Made by a program: the position numbers and the translations under genes | In this document: in pieces, positions 10,291 to 19,192 of the stretch | Position numbering within the stretch: the stretch's first letter is position 1 | Layout: each line of letters starts with the position of its first letter | Notes under the pieces: model-generated | The model's input: the letters and a program-made list of their open reading frames with translations, nothing else | The model's database searches: none | Told to the model about the DNA's origin: nothing | Assembly (NCBI GenBank): GCA_016204995.1 | Contig: JACQJR010000001.1 | Location: 28,548-92,547 of the forward strand | Direction of reading: 5' to 3' | DNA length: 64,000 nt | DNA from: Candidatus Microgenomates bacterium | GTDB taxonomy: Bacteria > Patescibacteriota > Microgenomatia > UBA8517 > JACQJR01

Positions 10291-12578
10291 CCACCTTTGG
10301 CTATTTTTCTTTCACTATTATGTATAACATTTCTCACTCGTTCAATACTATCGGGGTTAACTGAAATACTGGTTATTCCCCATTCTACTAAATTTGCGAC
10401 CATTGTGTCATAGACAGATGGAGCCTGGCCGCAGATTGAGGAAGTTACCTTAAATTTATGGCAAATTTTAATGGTGTGTTCAAGAGCCCATAACACTACG
10501 GGACTTTGTTCATTAAAATCAGCCGCCACAGTTTCATTATCCCGGTCTGTACCAATTAGAGCCATCGTCAGGTCATTTGAGCCAATAGACACTCCATCAA
10601 TTCCTATTTTAATAAAATCAGGAAGTTGGATGACATTTACCGGCAGTTCTACCATCATCCATAATTTGAAAGTAGGACTTCTAGAAAGACCAGCACTAAC
10701 CACAATTTTTTTAACTTCAGATAGTTCTTGTGGCGAACGGACAAAGGGAATCATTAACCAGAGATTATTTAAACCCTCTTCGCGAACTTTTTTAATAGCT
10801 GCCAGTTCCAGTTTAAAAGAAGCTGGATCGCTGACATATCTGAAAGCTCCCCGAAAACCAAGCAAGGGGTTAGGCTCCTGCGGCTCATATCTTTCCCCGC
10901 CTTTTAAATTACGGTATTCATTAGTTTTAAAATCTGTCGTCCGATAAACAACCGGCCTGGGATAAAATGCGTCGCAAAATATTTTTAGTTCATCTGTCAG
11001 TTTGCCAATAAATTCTTTTTGCTTTTTATCAGCGATGACTTTTTTCGGATGAACGCCAATATTAGCCATCATAAATTCAGCTCGCAAAAGTCCTACTCCG
11101 TCTACATTACGGCTGGCAATCTCTTTGGCTTTTTCCGGTTCGGCCAAATTAACATACACCTTAGTTGCTGTTTTTAAATGGGCTCCTAGGCTGTTAGGCT
11201 CTTGGGCTGTTAGAATTTTAGATGAACTAGTATTTTGATAACCGCCCTTATAAACTAAACCTTTGGCTCCATCAATAGTGATAATCGCCCCATTTGTTAA
11301 AAAGGCGGTAGCATTTTTAGTTCCCACCACGCAAGGTACGCCTAGTTCGCGCGAGACAATGGCGGCGTGCGAGGTTTGACCGCCGCTATCAGTCACAATG
11401 CCGGCCACTTTGCGCATAGCCGGCACATAATCCGGTGAAGTCATGACAGCCACTAAAATATCACCCTTTTGCACTTTATCAATTTCCTTGGGCGATTTAA
11501 CTTTTACTACGCGACCCGTAGCAATTCCAGGACTGGCACTAATACCCCTAAGAATGAGCTTAGAGCTTAGTATGGACTGCTTTTTACTAACCTCTAACCC
11601 CTCATTACCATTTACTAATGTCGTTATCGGTCTAGTCTGGACAATATAAAACTTCTTTTTGGCATAAGCCCATTCAATATCCTGCGGAAAGTAATAATGC
11701 TTATGAATACTAATTAGAATTCGCGATAGTTCTCTAATTTGTTTTTCATTTAACTTTTGTCTTTTTTGTTTATTGCTTGGGACTTTTCCTTCGCGGGTGA
11801 CATTTTCTACTTTGGCTAACTCTACTTCCTGGACTGCTTTTTCCTGGGAAATAACTGCGAGAGTATTGTGGTTGACCCGGTAGCGGTCAGGTACCACTTC
11901 TCCCTGGACAATCATTTCCCCTAGTCCCCATATCGCCTCAATTAATAAGACATTTTTTTCATGCGTAATTGGATCAACAGTAAAAGCCACCCCGGAAATT
12001 TCCGATTCCACCATTTGTTGCACTACTACCGCAATTTTGACTTTACTTTCGCTAATTTTGTTTTGATGACGATAAAAAATCGCCCTCGGAGTAAAAAGAG
12101 AAGTCCAGCAGTCGCGGATAGCTTCAAATAAATTAGGCTCACCTTTAATATTTAAAAAGGTGGCTTGCTGGCCGGCAAAGGAGGCCTTAGGTAAATCTTC
12201 AGCGGTTGCCGAGGAACGAACAGCTACTTGGGCTTTTTTTAAGAGGCCGCTTAACTTCCGATATCTAACAATAGTTTCGCGGGCTACACTGTCTGGAAAT
12301 TTGGATTTTTTAAAAAGGGATGTGATTTTGTAGGAAGCATCCTGTAAAGAGGTGGGTTTATCCGTATCAACATGCTTTAAAATTTCAGCCAAACGTGTTT
12401 TAAGATTATTTTCTTCTAGAAATGCTTCGTAAGAATGAGTGGTGAGGATAAATCCGGGTGGGACAGGGAAACCGTGACTGGCTATCTCCCCTAAATTCGC
12501 CCCTTTACCGCCAACTAACGGAATATCCTCTTTATCAACCTCTTTAAAATCAACAATTAACTTAGGAGCAGTCGGCAT
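10284..12578 (-). CDS. ppsA: Phosphoenolpyruvate synthase
   Basis: GGKGANLGE, AVRSSATAED, GGQTSHAAIVSRELG (phospho-His), GLLRAEF, SIGSNDL. Confidence 0.96.
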   Translation of the reverse strand: MPTAPKLIVDFKEVDKEDIPLVGGKGANLGEIASHGFPVPPGFILTTHSYEAFLEENNLKTRLAEILKHVDTDKPTSLQDASYKITSLFKKSKFPDSVARETIVRYRKLSGLLKKAQVAVRSSATAEDLPKASFAGQQATFLNIKGEPNLFEAIRDCWTSLFTPRAIFYRHQNKISESKVKIAVVVQQMVESEISGVAFTVDPITHEKNVLLIEAIWGLGEMIVQGEVVPDRYRVNHNTLAVISQEKAVQEVELAKVENVTREGKVPSNKQKRQKLNEKQIRELSRILISIHKHYYFPQDIEWAYAKKKFYIVQTRPITTLVNGNEGLEVSKKQSILSSKLILRGISASPGIATGRVVKVKSPKEIDKVQKGDILVAVMTSPDYVPAMRKVAGIVTDSGGQTSHAAIVSRELGVPCVVGTKNATAFLTNGAIITIDGAKGLVYKGGYQNTSSSKILTAQEPNSLGAHLKTATKVYVNLAEPEKAKEIASRNVDGVGLLRAEFMMANIGVHPKKVIADKKQKEFIGKLTDELKIFCDAFYPRPVVYRTTDFKTNEYRNLKGGERYEPQEPNPLLGFRGAFRYVSDPASFKLELAAIKKVREEGLNNLWLMIPFVRSPQELSEVKKIVVSAGLSRSPTFKLWMMVELPVNVIQLPDFIKIGIDGVSIGSNDLTMALIGTDRDNETVAADFNEQSPVVLWALEHTIKICHKFKVTSSICGQAPSVYDTMVANLVEWGITSISVNPDSIERVRNVIHNSERKIAKGGN

Positions 12579-12638
12579 TACTTCTATTTTGATTAAATTT
12601 AGCTGAATTTACAAGTGGAGGTTGTTATATGTAAGTTA

Positions 12639-12986
12639 TTACTCTATCCAGACATCTACTTTAGGACATTTGCCGGATAATGTAACTTCACTAATCTTTT
12701 TATAAATTTGAGATCGATAGTCCTTATCAACTTTGAAAAATTTATAATCCTTGCCATCTACATCTTTTACTCCTAAGCTGAAGTATCCTTCTGTTATACC
12801 CACATGTGATTGTCCAATGGAGTAAACTTTACAATTAACAATAAATTTTTCTGCTTCTTCATATGTCAGTTTTTCATGCTCTTGGTGATTTATTGCAGGT
12901 TGTTTAGAAAACCAATAAGCTCCACCTACAGCTAGAACTATTAGAAGTAAAATTAAAATTGGAGCCAGGCCCTTTTGATTTCTCAC
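12639..12986 (-). CDS. Small membrane-anchored hypothetical protein (prepilin-like QKG-hydrophobic N-terminus)
   Basis: MRNQKGLAPILILLLIVLAVGG; TGcTATAGT 6 nt before the GTG start. Confidence 0.6.
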   Translation of the reverse strand: MRNQKGLAPILILLLIVLAVGGAYWFSKQPAINHQEHEKLTYEEAEKFIVNCKVYSIGQSHVGITEGYFSLGVKDVDGKDYKFFKVDKDYRSQIYKKISEVTLSGKCPKVDVWIE

Positions 12987-13027
12987 TAATTCACTATAGC
13001 ACTTATTTTCCTTGTCAAGTTATTAAT

Positions 13028-13684
13028 TTAAGGCCTGAATTTTTCTTTAATTCTTTCCTGCTCTATTCGATAGCCCTTTTGATCTTTCCTTAACTTTTTC
13101 TCCAAAGACTGGACTAGTAAACGTAAAAGATAATCTGTTTTATTGATTAATTCCATAAAGATTTCGTAGGTAAGGGTATGACCATTAAGGGTGGATAAGG
13201 GTTGATGATAAGGGTGGCTTGGATCTGTTGGTTCACCCTTAATCTGATTTGGACCCTTAAGTTCCCTTAAATTTATTCCCAAACTTAAAAGCGAAGATCC
13301 AGCTATGGATTTCAAAAATCCATCTGTTTTAGCATCTCTTAAATCACCCTTAACTTCTTCCAACGACCCTTGGGCATAGCCTAAAAAATTTAAATATTCA
13401 GAAGTAGTGGATCTTTTCCAGCCTTCTTCAATATTTCTTTTCTGACTTCTGGCCGCATCGTCAAGCTGCGCTTTTAGGCGTCTTTCAGAAAAGGGTAGCG
13501 TCGCGGTAAATTTGCGGACTAAAACTCGTAGCAAAGCCGCATTTTGCCAAACTGCCAGATATTGAAAACCTTGAGGATCTTGCCAAATACGAGATCTTTG
13601 TAAAGGTTTTTTAGGTGTGGAAAGCTCTTTAAGGGTTTTGGCTATTTGTTCTTTAATGACTTCGGCCTGGGTCAGGTCACTCAT
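13028..13684 (-). CDS. Four-helix-bundle protein (23S rRNA IVP / Avd-like family)
   Basis: YLAVWQNA...LPFSERRLKAQLDDAARSQKRNIEEGWKR...YLNFLGYAQGSLEEV. Confidence 0.85.
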   Translation of the reverse strand: MSDLTQAEVIKEQIAKTLKELSTPKKPLQRSRIWQDPQGFQYLAVWQNAALLRVLVRKFTATLPFSERRLKAQLDDAARSQKRNIEEGWKRSTTSEYLNFLGYAQGSLEEVKGDLRDAKTDGFLKSIAGSSLLSLGINLRELKGPNQIKGEPTDPSHPYHQPLSTLNGHTLTYEIFMELINKTDYLLRLLVQSLEKKLRKDQKGYRIEQERIKEKFRP

Positions 13685-13687
13685 AAA

Positions 13688-14101
13688 TTAAGGGGTTCTT
13701 TGTGATTTTCGCAGCTCTTCGGTTTCGTCGGGGCGGTTATAGTCGTCTTCTAGACGATAAGTGGTGCCAGTTTCGGGAGTTGATGATTCTAAAATATCGC
13801 AATCAGTGATACCTTTACACCTATGTTTTTGCATAGCTTTGACGAAATATCCTTTTTCCAACTCCATAGGCAGCTCTTGTAAAGTTCCATTCTCATCTTC
13901 CAGATAAATTATCGCCTCGCCCTTGACTAAAGTAAGTACCTCTTCTTTTTGATCATGATATTGCAAACTAAATCTGGCACCGGAATTTAAATGGAGGATT
14001 TTACTGGTAATGGGACTGTCTGAGGAAGAAAGTATCAGTTCATATCCCCAAGGCTTATCAATTTTTTTAGCATAGGCAATTGTAGAAAAATTATTTACCA
14101 T
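13688..14101 (-). CDS. Cupin (type II mannose-6-phosphate isomerase-like)
   Basis: KPWGYE, FSLQYHDQKEE, KHR, ESSTPE..TYRLEDDY; adjacent to PMM. Confidence 0.8.
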   Translation of the reverse strand: MVNNFSTIAYAKKIDKPWGYELILSSSDSPITSKILHLNSGARFSLQYHDQKEEVLTLVKGEAIIYLEDENGTLQELPMELEKGYFVKAMQKHRCKGITDCDILESSTPETGTTYRLEDDYNRPDETEELRKSQRTP

Positions 14102-15467
14102 TTTGTTTAATTAACTCTACTATCTCTGGGAAATGCTGATCTAAAACTTCTTTATTATATGCTTCAACGTTTAAGCGCATCAATGGTTCGGTATTAGAAG
14201 TCCGTAAGGAGAGCCGCCAGCCTGGATAATTTATAGCTACCCCATCTAACTCATCTAATTGACCATCCTGATATTTATTTTTAACCATTTCTAAAATTTC
14301 ACTGGCATTTTCCACCTTAAAATTAACTTCTCCGGATTCAAAACTCCTTCTATAATCTGCGACAATTTGAGAAAATGATTTACCACTTTCAGCTAAAACT
14401 TTCAAAATTGTTAAAATCACCGGCATTTGCGATTCAGCATTACCGGTTTCTTTAAAGTAATAGTGACCCGACGATTCTCCGGCAAAAATAGCATTGGTTT
14501 TACTCATATCTTCCGTAATATAAGCATGTCCCACTTTAGTAATTCCTATTTTTCCGCCATTTTCTTCAATAATTTTCTTAGGGGTGAGAATGTAGCGAAT
14601 ATCCACTAAAAACGATTCTCCTGGATGAGTTTTTAATAAGTCATGAGCTACTATGGCAGTAATGGCTGTAGGCGGCACAATTTCTCCTTTTTCGTCAATA
14701 AAAAACAAGCGATCTCCATCTCCATCAGGTGCTAAACCTAAATCAGCTCCTTCGGCTATGACTCGCTTTTGTAAATCTACTAAGGTTTCTTTTTGTAGGG
14801 GATCTGGTTGATGGACTGGAAAAGTACCATCTAATTCAAAATTCATTTTTATTAAATCTACTGGAACTTTACTAAAGAGAGCTTCAATATATTGCGAGCC
14901 CATGGCATTGGCGGCATCGGCCACAATTCTAAACTTTTTTATTTGAGGGTTGCCAGCAATTTTTAAGGCATTTTCTACCTCATCTAACAAAATTCCTTCT
15001 TTTTTAATGACTGTCCCACCAGGTTGAGGCTCCAGGGTTTCTCCTTGTAGGGTTATTGTTTTAATTTCTTCCAGGCCAGTAGGTTTACCTATTTTAATAA
15101 GTCCATTTGGACTATTTTTAACGATCTTGATGCCGTTATATTCTTTAGGATTATGTGAGGCAGTAATTTGGATACCGGCCGCATGCTTATAATAATGAAC
15201 GGCAAAATAAAAAGTCGGAGTAGACACTATACCGATATCAACCACCCGAGCCCCCAAACCAACTAAAGTTTCAATGGCCACTTTGGTTAGAATGGTTGAG
15301 GAAATTCTCATATCAGTTCCCACCACAATATCCGACGTCTTAAGAAATTTATAAATAGCGTGGATAATAGGAACAATATTTTCTTCGTTTAATTCGTCAG
15401 GATAAATAGCGCGAATATCGTAGCCTTTAAAAATAGTCGGAGAAATATTTGTCATTAATATATTCAA
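14091..15467 (-). CDS. Phosphomannomutase/phosphoglucomutase
   Basis: FKGYDIRA, ITASHNP, DGDGDR, GESSGH, RTSNTEP. Confidence 0.93.
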   Translation of the reverse strand: MNILMTNISPTIFKGYDIRAIYPDELNEENIVPIIHAIYKFLKTSDIVVGTDMRISSTILTKVAIETLVGLGARVVDIGIVSTPTFYFAVHYYKHAAGIQITASHNPKEYNGIKIVKNSPNGLIKIGKPTGLEEIKTITLQGETLEPQPGGTVIKKEGILLDEVENALKIAGNPQIKKFRIVADAANAMGSQYIEALFSKVPVDLIKMNFELDGTFPVHQPDPLQKETLVDLQKRVIAEGADLGLAPDGDGDRLFFIDEKGEIVPPTAITAIVAHDLLKTHPGESFLVDIRYILTPKKIIEENGGKIGITKVGHAYITEDMSKTNAIFAGESSGHYYFKETGNAESQMPVILTILKVLAESGKSFSQIVADYRRSFESGEVNFKVENASEILEMVKNKYQDGQLDELDGVAINYPGWRLSLRTSNTEPLMRLNVEAYNKEVLDQHFPEIVELIKQNGK

Positions 15468-15469
15468 TA

Positions 15470-16138
15470 TTAAACATTAAGTAAGGCAAGTTCAAGTATG
15501 GGTTTAAGAGGTAAAACACTGGCGCCGGTCTTTGAGTTTCGATCTAACTTTAATAAACTTTGATGCAGAGTTTCCAGTTGTTCTATTTGAAAATTTTTAG
15601 CCTGGAAAAGTAATTTATTCTTCCGCCATGGTGGCAGATTAAATGTTTGTGGGCTGGAACTTGCCCAAATTAATTGGCGGATATGCCAAGCTAATAATGG
15701 TAGTACCATTTCGGCAGCTTCGGTAATTAATAATTGATCCAGAATTTTTAAAGATATTTCTGGTTTTTGCGGATTTAATGATTCTAAAAATTTAAAAACT
15801 AGTTTAGGTAGAGGAAAATCTTCTACCCTCCACTTTTTTGGAAGGCTATTTAATAAGGTTTTAGGTAATTCTTTACCTTCCCAAAAGATAATTTCGCCCG
15901 CGAGATCTATTTCTAGCCTTTTTTGCTTAATTTTTTTAGTCCAATAGCCCTCTATAAATACCACCGTGTCATTTCCCAGTAATGATTGAGAGATAGCAGC
16001 TAGTTTTAATTGATTAAAATCAGTATTTTTACCATCAAGTTGGGTAATTTGCCATTTTTTTTGCGTAAACTGCTCTTTTAATTGATTAAAACGTTGACGA
16101 GAAGCTATTTGGTTCTCCCCATGTAGCACAATTATCAT
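15470..16138 (-). CDS. holA: DNA polymerase III delta subunit-like (shortened)
   Basis: MIIVLHGEN N-terminus; C-terminal LLKLDRNSKTG...LELALL resembles HolA. Confidence 0.65.
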   Translation of the reverse strand: MIIVLHGENQIASRQRFNQLKEQFTQKKWQITQLDGKNTDFNQLKLAAISQSLLGNDTVVFIEGYWTKKIKQKRLEIDLAGEIIFWEGKELPKTLLNSLPKKWRVEDFPLPKLVFKFLESLNPQKPEISLKILDQLLITEAAEMVLPLLAWHIRQLIWASSSPQTFNLPPWRKNKLLFQAKNFQIEQLETLHQSLLKLDRNSKTGASVLPLKPILELALLNV

Positions 16139-16180
16139 AATTGGTATTTATTGGCATTAGCCCGAAGGGCCAAGCTTTGC

Positions 16181-16585
16181 TTATTTGACATTGGTATTTA
16201 TTCTTTTAGCCATCTCTCTCATCCTTTTTTCAATTCCATAATGTCCTACTAAAGCCCCGGAAAAGTTTTTAGGAATGTGCGCTAATTCGTGAATTAGCAC
16301 TTCATCTTGCTGTCGCCCGTTTAACTTAAAAAACTGATGGGTCACTTCCAAAATATAAGCGGCTTTTACTCCCAAAGCATCTTGCCAAATTCGTGATAAA
16401 CCCCAACATCTGGCATATGCCCGTGATTTAGAACCAGTACTTTCCACACAGAATATTCTATCAGGATTAATATAAGATAACTGATATTCTTTTAAGATTT
16501 GATTGACACGCAAAGCGATCGGAGGGGAAGGGGAAAAAGCAAATTTTTCTCTTCGCTTCTTGCTAAACTTTAAAAACTTCGGCAC
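16181..16585 (-). CDS. Predicted small HExxH metallopeptidase
   Basis: GSKSRAYARCWGL, VLIHELAHIP..F.GAL..H. Confidence 0.7.
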   Translation of the reverse strand: MPKFLKFSKKRREKFAFSPSPPIALRVNQILKEYQLSYINPDRIFCVESTGSKSRAYARCWGLSRIWQDALGVKAAYILEVTHQFFKLNGRQQDEVLIHELAHIPKNFSGALVGHYGIEKRMREMAKRINTNVK

Positions 16586-16814
16586 CTTCTTTTACCTCCT
16601 GATCAATCTTAAGTCCAATGGCCTGACCGGCTTCAGCTTTTTCTAAATTTTGATGTTCAGCTTGCATAGAAACAACTTTTTGAGTAAATAGTTCTTCTCC
16701 GCCTCTAACAAATTTAATGTCATCGCCCACCGCCAAATCACCGCTTAATTCTACTACTCCTACGCCGATTTTATCATAATAATGGGTTAGCTCGCCTACT
16801 TTAATATCAGCCAT
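16563..16814 (-). CDS. EF-Tu domain II-like / peptidase U32 C-terminal-like small beta-barrel protein
   Basis: VGELTHYYDKIGVGVVEL...L.VGD.I...Q.V.SMQ.EH...A.AG..IGLK; GGAGGTGA SD upstream. Confidence 0.75.
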   Translation of the reverse strand: MADIKVGELTHYYDKIGVGVVELSGDLAVGDDIKFVRGGEELFTQKVVSMQAEHQNLEKAEAGQAIGLKIDQEVKEGAEVFKV

Positions 16815-16848
16815 GATTATTACTCACCTCCCTTCGTCCTCCATAGCT

Positions 16849-17361
16849 TTAGGCAACGGAGGATTGTCCGTCTTTGGCATAACAAATCGCAATCGCTAAA
16901 GCGTCTGCCACATCATCAAAATGGGTTTTCTTTTTATTAGGACTGCGTAACCTTGTTCCATCACTATATTGTAGCAAATTGCGGACTACCTTTTTCATCT
17001 CATCCTTTTTAGCCCGGCCATTACCAGTCACCACTTTTTTAATATGCATCGGGCTGAATTCGGTTAAAGGTAAATTCAAATGAGCACAAGCCAGCATAAT
17101 TACCCCCTTGGCTTGAGAGACAGCGATAGCCGTCCTGACGTTAGTCGCAAAAAAGACCTGTTCAATAGCGATCACATCCGGCTGCAACTGGTTCAGCTGC
17201 TCCTTCATTTTATGATAAATTTCATTTAATCTTTGTTCAGGTTTGCCACCTTTAAGAGTTTCTATCCAGTCAAATTTAATAATGGAGATACCATGTCCAT
17301 TACTTTCAATTAACCCAAGTCCAGTGGTGGCAGTACCGGGATCAATCCCGAGGATGCGCAT
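16849..17361 (-). CDS. ruvC: Holliday junction resolvase RuvC
   Basis: RILGIDPG, AIEQVFF, VTGNGRAKK, DDVADALAIA. Confidence 0.95.
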   Translation of the reverse strand: MRILGIDPGTATTGLGLIESNGHGISIIKFDWIETLKGGKPEQRLNEIYHKMKEQLNQLQPDVIAIEQVFFATNVRTAIAVSQAKGVIMLACAHLNLPLTEFSPMHIKKVVTGNGRAKKDEMKKVVRNLLQYSDGTRLRSPNKKKTHFDDVADALAIAICYAKDGQSSVA

Positions 17362-17376
17362 ATTTTCAGTATATCA

Positions 17377-18420
17377 TTATAAAGATAGGATAATTTCCGC
17401 TATTTTATCAGCATCATGCCGCAGTAGGCGATCACGAGGCAAATAAGCAGCTAAATTGGCCTTAATTACTTCAATGGTAGGACAAATCTCTCGACATCTT
17501 TCTTCATCCAGTTCTACTGGATATTGCCCTTCATTTTGATAAATTGCCAAAATATCAGGATCAAAATGATTTTCGTTAACTATTAAGTAATTCAGGCGAT
17601 GCGGGTCGCCTAGATAGTAAACAAATCGTTCTATGTGGTCTGAAAGTTTATAAAAATCGGTTTGTCCTCTTTCAGTGGCTAAATTAGCTACATAAATCAG
17701 GGGTTTTTGCGGATATTCTTTGATAACTTCGGGAATACCATTAATTAAAAAATGAGGTAGGGTGCTACCCCACAGACTGCCGGAAGAAAAAACAATTTTA
17801 TCTGCCAGACTAATTGCTGCCAAAGCCTTGGGATTAGCTTGCGCCGGCGCATTTAAATAAATGCGGATAATTTTATCGCTGGGGTCAAAATCCGGCCTTT
17901 GCCAACGTTGGTCAATAGCTTCTTCGCCTAATAATTCCAAGCCGCTTTGGCATTTAGCAATTAAATGGCGATTTTCCATGGTAGAGGTCATCACATTGCC
18001 GCGGATTTTAAATAGTTTCTTAAAGGCTTCAATGGCCGCCTCGCGTCCGCCATGAATATGCTCCAGTCTTTGAATCAAAATATTGAAGAAATCATGGCCT
18101 TTCATTGGTCCTACTACATCATTAAATCTATCCTCTGATAAAAGAATGGCTTCTTGCTGCTGTTCATCGTCCAAAAAAGCTATCAATGACTGTTTTTCAT
18201 CACCCATTGGCAAAAGACCTAAATCTGACCTGAATCTGCCAGAACTGCCACCGCTATCTAGGGTGGTAGACAAAGAGGTAATTAATTCTGGTGGGTTAAG
18301 CTTACGCAAGCCCCTAAGGACGTTAAACTGACCACCTCCGCCGCCTAAAACCACAATTTTCTGATGATAACGATATTCTTTTTCCGGAGAAGCTGCTTGT
18401 TCTACCCTTTCAGCAACCAT
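17377..18420 (-). CDS. YvcK/GlmR (CofD-like) family protein
   Basis: VVLGGGGG, DSGGSSGR.R, GSLWGSTLP. Confidence 0.85.
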   Translation of the reverse strand: MVAERVEQAASPEKEYRYHQKIVVLGGGGGQFNVLRGLRKLNPPELITSLSTTLDSGGSSGRFRSDLGLLPMGDEKQSLIAFLDDEQQQEAILLSEDRFNDVVGPMKGHDFFNILIQRLEHIHGGREAAIEAFKKLFKIRGNVMTSTMENRHLIAKCQSGLELLGEEAIDQRWQRPDFDPSDKIIRIYLNAPAQANPKALAAISLADKIVFSSGSLWGSTLPHFLINGIPEVIKEYPQKPLIYVANLATERGQTDFYKLSDHIERFVYYLGDPHRLNYLIVNENHFDPDILAIYQNEGQYPVELDEERCREICPTIEVIKANLAAYLPRDRLLRHDADKIAEIILSL

Positions 18421-18449
18421 GACTCCAATTAGAGTAACACAACAATTTG

Positions 18450-18809
18450 TTAAAATCCAGTCACGTTTTGCAAAACTCGTGCATCTACTACTATTCCATT
18501 TTTGATTTCAATGGAAACTACATCAAAACGCATAACGGCCGGAGTTTGGGGATTGCGCAATTTAAAATATTCAGCGGCGCGGGTTAAATGCTGTAATTTG
18601 CGAAGTGTAACGGCCTCTTCTGGTACCCCAAACCTTTTACTCCAGCGCGTCTTTACTTCAATAAAAACTAACTCTTTATTATGTTGGGCTACGATATCAA
18701 TTTCTCCAAATTTTGAGCGGAAATTTCTAGCAATAATTTTATAACCTTGTTTTTTAAGAAGTTGTAAGGCGTAGTCTTCGCCGGCTTTTCCTAAGGCGAG
18801 ATTAGGCAT
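18450..18809 (-). CDS. yraN: YraN family putative endonuclease
   Basis: GKAGED.A...GY.I..RN...GEIDI....LVFIEVKTR...RFDV. Confidence 0.92.
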   Translation of the reverse strand: MPNLALGKAGEDYALQLLKKQGYKIIARNFRSKFGEIDIVAQHNKELVFIEVKTRWSKRFGVPEEAVTLRKLQHLTRAAEYFKLRNPQTPAVMRFDVVSIEIKNGIVVDARVLQNVTGF

Positions 18810-19156
18810 TATGACTTTTTGTGGCGAGCAGTCCGATGAGTCATTTTGTCAAAAGCAGCTTTGGATCTACCTCTTAAATAATAGAGTTTAGCGTGCTTAA
18901 TGCCGCTGGTTCCCTTTTGCTTAACATCAACTTTTTGAATCCAAGGAGAAGAAAGCGGGAAAATCTGCTCAATCCCGACATTATCAACCCCCATTCGTCT
19001 AACAGTAAACGATTTATTTTCCCCTTCGCCGCGGATAGCAATCACTATACCTTCAAAAATAGTCTCACTTCGTCCTGTTTCAGCCGACTTTAAATGAAGC
19101 CGAATGGTATCGCCGACCCCAAATTCAATTTCGTTGTATTTAGTAAAAAGAGCCAT
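18809..19156 (-). CDS. rplS: 50S ribosomal protein L19
   Basis: GDTIR, FEGIVI, FTVRR...GIEQIFP, AKLYYLR. Confidence 0.95.
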   Translation of the reverse strand: MALFTKYNEIEFGVGDTIRLHLKSAETGRSETIFEGIVIAIRGEGENKSFTVRRMGVDNVGIEQIFPLSSPWIQKVDVKQKGTSGIKHAKLYYLRGRSKAAFDKMTHRTARHKKS

Positions 19157-19192
19157 AAGCTGATATATTTTAGCACGAATTGAGAAGATTAA

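Noticed and set aside
13028-13684. Diversity-generating retroelement (Avd-like gene)
   Set aside because: No reverse transcriptase and no TR/VR pair with adenine-specific mismatches were seen in the window.
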